Below, one piece after another: positions 61,299 to 64,000 of a DNA stretch of 64,000 bases (within the stretch, counting starts at the first letter, position 1; each line of letters begins with the position of its first letter). A program made the position numbers and the translations under genes. The stretch is from an uncultured Alphaproteobacteria bacterium (lineage in GTDB: Bacteria; Pseudomonadota; Alphaproteobacteria; HIMB59; GCA-002718135). The stretch lies in the NCBI GenBank assembly GCA_902592345.1, contig CACJEE010000002.1, positions 37,749 to 101,748 on the forward strand, read 5' to 3'. The notes below the pieces were generated by a model that was not told where the DNA came from, ran no database searches, and saw only the letters and a program-made list of their open reading frames with translations.

Positions 61299-62247
61299 TT
61301 CTAAAGCACATATTTGGTTTATTGCGCCTGCAATAATATTAATGATTATTATATTAATTTTTCCTTTATTTCTTGCAGGTGGAATTTCTTTTACTGATTA
61401 TAATTTAGGTAATAAATCTCTTGAATGGATAGGACTTGAAAATTATGAAAAAATGTTTTCAAGAAAAACATATGTAAAAATGATTTGGGCTACGGCAACT
61501 TATGTAATTGTTGTAGTTCCTATCTCCGTTGTACTTGGTTTGTGTGCTGCTATGCTCTTAAATTCACTTAGGTTTGGAGCTGATATTTATAAAACAATTT
61601 TCTTTCTTCCTGTTATGGCGACTCTTCTTGCTATGGCCATTGCATGGGAATTCACTCTTCACCCAACACTTGGTATAGTAAATAGTTTTTTAGCTAATGG
61701 TTGCGGAGGTGTAAGAGAATTTATTCTTGGTTTTCATTGGTTACCATGGGTTGACTCACAACAAAGCTGGTATCACGTAGCATGTGCAAATAATATGGAT
61801 TTTCCTTATTGGCTGAAGCAAAAAAATACAGCAATTTGGACAATATGTTTTATAGGAATTTGGCAAGCATTTGGTTTTAATATGGTTTTATATTTAGCAG
61901 GCCTTACAGGTATACCTCGAGAATTATATCACGCAGCAGAAATGGATGGTGCTAAATCAACCTGGGAACAATTTAAACTTGTAACTTGGCCAATGCTTGG
62001 ACCCACAACTTTGTTTGTAGTAACAATTACAACAATTAGAACATTTCAAGTTTTTGATACAATTGAAATACTTACTAAGGGTGGCCCATCTAAAACTACC
62101 TACGTTATGATGTATGCAATTTTTGAAAAAGCTATCCAACAAAACTTAACGAGTATAGGAGCGGCTATTACTGTTGTCTTTATTGGTTTCATATTGATAT
62201 TAACTTTTTTCCAGAGATATATCATTGAGAAGAGGGTTCATTATTAA
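61291..62247 (+). CDS. CUT1 ABC permease (UgpA-like)
   Basis: 6 TM, EAA loop AAEMDGAKSTWEQFKLVTWPML. Confidence 0.82.
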   Translation: MHNSKAHIWFIAPAIILMIIILIFPLFLAGGISFTDYNLGNKSLEWIGLENYEKMFSRKTYVKMIWATATYVIVVVPISVVLGLCAAMLLNSLRFGADIYKTIFFLPVMATLLAMAIAWEFTLHPTLGIVNSFLANGCGGVREFILGFHWLPWVDSQQSWYHVACANNMDFPYWLKQKNTAIWTICFIGIWQAFGFNMVLYLAGLTGIPRELYHAAEMDGAKSTWEQFKLVTWPMLGPTTLFVVTITTIRTFQVFDTIEILTKGGPSKTTYVMMYAIFEKAIQQNLTSIGAAITVVFIGFILILTFFQRYIIEKRVHY

Positions 62248-63140
62248 TGCAAGCTAAACAATATATTGGTGAAAGTTGGAAACATGGCATTTTAATAATT
62301 GGAGCAATCCTTGTTTTACTTCCATTTTATATGATGGTTTCAATGTCACTAAAATCTCAACAAGAGATTCAATCAATTTCTGGAGGTTTAATAGGAGCGC
62401 AAGAAGTTCAAACATTTCCAGTTTGTGTCAAAACTGGTTATTCCGAAGAAACATGTACGACAAAGCCTTATATTTATAATTACTGGTTTGCTTTTGAAAA
62501 AGCCCCTATTCCTAGATACTTAATGAATGGAGTTATAGTAACTTTATCAATTTTTATAATTCAAGTTCTTGTCGCCTTACCTTGTGCTTATGCGCTTGCC
62601 AAACTTCGGTTTTATGGACGGGAATTTGTATTTTCTATGGTATTATTTTGTCTTCTAATACCAGTGCACGGCATTGCACTTCCTCTTTATGTAATGCTAG
62701 CCCAGGCCGGGCTCGTTGATACCTATTCCGCCTTAATACTCCCCTGGACAATATCTGTATTTGGCATTTTTCTGATGCGGCAATTTTTTATGACAGTTCC
62801 AGATGAATTAATTGACGCCGCCAGAATGGACGGCATGGGAGAATATTCTATAGTTTGGAAAGTAATGTTGCCAACTGCAATACCTGCCTTGCTTGCCTTT
62901 GCAATATTCTCAGTTGTAGCCCATTGGAATGATTATTTCTGGCCACGTATGGTTATAACTGGCAATAGAGATCTATTTACTCCGCCTCTTGGAATTAGAG
63001 AATTTAGAGGTGGAATAGATAGTGATGAATTTGGACCAATGATGGCATCAATTGTTACTGTCACAGTTCCTTTAATTGTTGCGTTCATAATTGCACAAAA
63101 AAGATTTATTGAAGGAATTACGCTAACAGGGATGAAGTAA
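62247..63140 (+). CDS. CUT1 ABC permease (UgpE-like)
   Basis: 6 TM, EAA loop AARMDGMGEYSIVWKVMLP. Confidence 0.82.
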   Translation: MQAKQYIGESWKHGILIIGAILVLLPFYMMVSMSLKSQQEIQSISGGLIGAQEVQTFPVCVKTGYSEETCTTKPYIYNYWFAFEKAPIPRYLMNGVIVTLSIFIIQVLVALPCAYALAKLRFYGREFVFSMVLFCLLIPVHGIALPLYVMLAQAGLVDTYSALILPWTISVFGIFLMRQFFMTVPDELIDAARMDGMGEYSIVWKVMLPTAIPALLAFAIFSVVAHWNDYFWPRMVITGNRDLFTPPLGIREFRGGIDSDEFGPMMASIVTVTVPLIVAFIIAQKRFIEGITLTGMK

Positions 63141-63163
63141 AATAGTTAAGTCATTCATATTGC

Positions 63164-64000
63164 ATGCCTGACTATTTTTTATTTTTACTTTTATTAATTG
63201 CAGCTTTATCTCATGCGCTCTGTCATAGTATTCTTAAATACAATAAAAATCCTCTAGGAATTTTAGGTATAACATCTATTTTTGAGATAATTATTTTTAC
63301 CCCTCTTGTATTAACAGTTCCTTTTCCAACACCTTATATTTGGATATTAATTATAACATCTGCTCTGCTACATGGTTTTTATAGATTGCTCGTTATCTTT
63401 TCATATAATTATGGGGACCTGTCTTTTATCTATCCTATCGCAAGAGGAAGCTCATCTTTATTGCTTGCAATAATAAGTTTAATTTATCTAACTGATAAAA
63501 TTTCTTTATGGGGATTTATTGCAATCATGATCGTATGTATGGGTTTATTTTTAATTTCTTACTCCGATAGATTAAAATTTAATTATTCTGCTTTTGGTTT
63601 AGGTGTTTTAACAGCTATTATGATAACGACTTATACGTTAGTTGATGGAATTGGTGTTAGACACTCCTCAAACCCCTACAGCTTTTTATATTGGATGCTT
63701 TTATTAAACGGTACTCCAGCACTTATTGCTTCTTTCTTTTTTAAAAATAATGGTCTTCGAATAGTAAATAAAAATCTGGTTTTAACAGGGGTTGCTTTTG
63801 GCATTCTTGCTCCGTTAGCCTATGGATTAGCTGTTTGGTGTATGCAATTTTTGCCAATTGCCTACGTCTCTTCGATACGGGAAATCAGCATCATATTTGC
63901 CGCTCTGATTGGTTTAATTCTATTGAAGGAAAAAACAGCTTCTAAAAGAATAATACCCTCGATATTTGTGGTTATAGGAATATCCATTCTCTACTTTCAA
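63164..64000 (+). CDS. EamA/DMT-family transporter (paralog 2, 3' end cut by window)
   Basis: Hand-translated ATG at 63164: MPDYFLFLLLLIAALSHALCHSILK... open for 279 codons to the window end. Collinear with 44318..45160. Confidence 0.75.
   Translation, partial: MPDYFLFLLLLIAALSHALCHSILKYNKNPLGILGITSIFEIIIFTPLVLTVPFPTPYIWILIITSALLHGFYRLLVIFSYNYGDLSFIYPIARGSSSLLLAIISLIYLTDKISLWGFIAIMIVCMGLFLISYSDRLKFNYSAFGLGVLTAIMITTYTLVDGIGVRHSSNPYSFLYWMLLLNGTPALIASFFFKNNGLRIVNKNLVLTGVAFGILAPLAYGLAVWCMQFLPIAYVSSIREISIIFAALIGLILLKEKTASKRIIPSIFVVIGISILYFQ

Overview
AT-rich (roughly 30% G+C by eye), extremely compact bacterial chromosome segment with many 1-4 nt gene overlaps and almost no spacers. Gene content and order are alphaproteobacterial and most consistent with a streamlined marine SAR11/Pelagibacterales-type genome; that assignment is an inference. 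No rRNA, tRNA, CRISPR array, transposase or integrase was recognised. Layout: (i) 1-32.6 kb is conserved core: gyrB-recF-dnaN-dnaA, rpsT, mutM | ubiE-coaBC-ThiF-like, fabA-fabB-fabI, a GDPD, pnp-rpsO-truB-rbfA-infB-nusA, trmB-lnt-corC-ybeY-phoH-miaB-rimI-tsaB, two cell-wall enzymes, an Nfu protein, trpS and murJ. (ii) 32.6-36.1 kb is a zinc locus: znuA | znuC-znuB-zur with a palindromic Zur box. ZnuA carries a ~100-residue (DDH)n loop. An unannotated 27-codon ORF with 9 Cys (metallothionein-like) lies in the murJ-znuA spacer. (iii) 36.1-64 kb is a phosphorus-scavenging / phosphonate island. It holds two PiT-type transporters with a DUF47 partner, a SET-domain protein and a Cys-based phosphatase. 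It also holds a 2-aminoethylphosphonate-type ABC importer, an orphan PhnZ-like HD oxygenase and an SDR + betaine-type ABC importer running into phnW and an AllA-like cupin. A MetE-like/Fe-ADH/methyltransferase operon follows, then phnA-phnY embedded in a split UgpBAEC-like importer, plus two paralogous EamA/DMT genes. The most interesting candidates are the Cys9 micro-ORF, the giant ZnuA His/Asp loop with a zinc-finger-less Fpg, and the unassigned enzymes wired into the phosphonate genes (orphan PhnZ, SDR + betaine-type transporter + PhnW + cupin, MetE-like/Fe-ADH/MTase). All family calls come from motifs read by eye; no searches were run.
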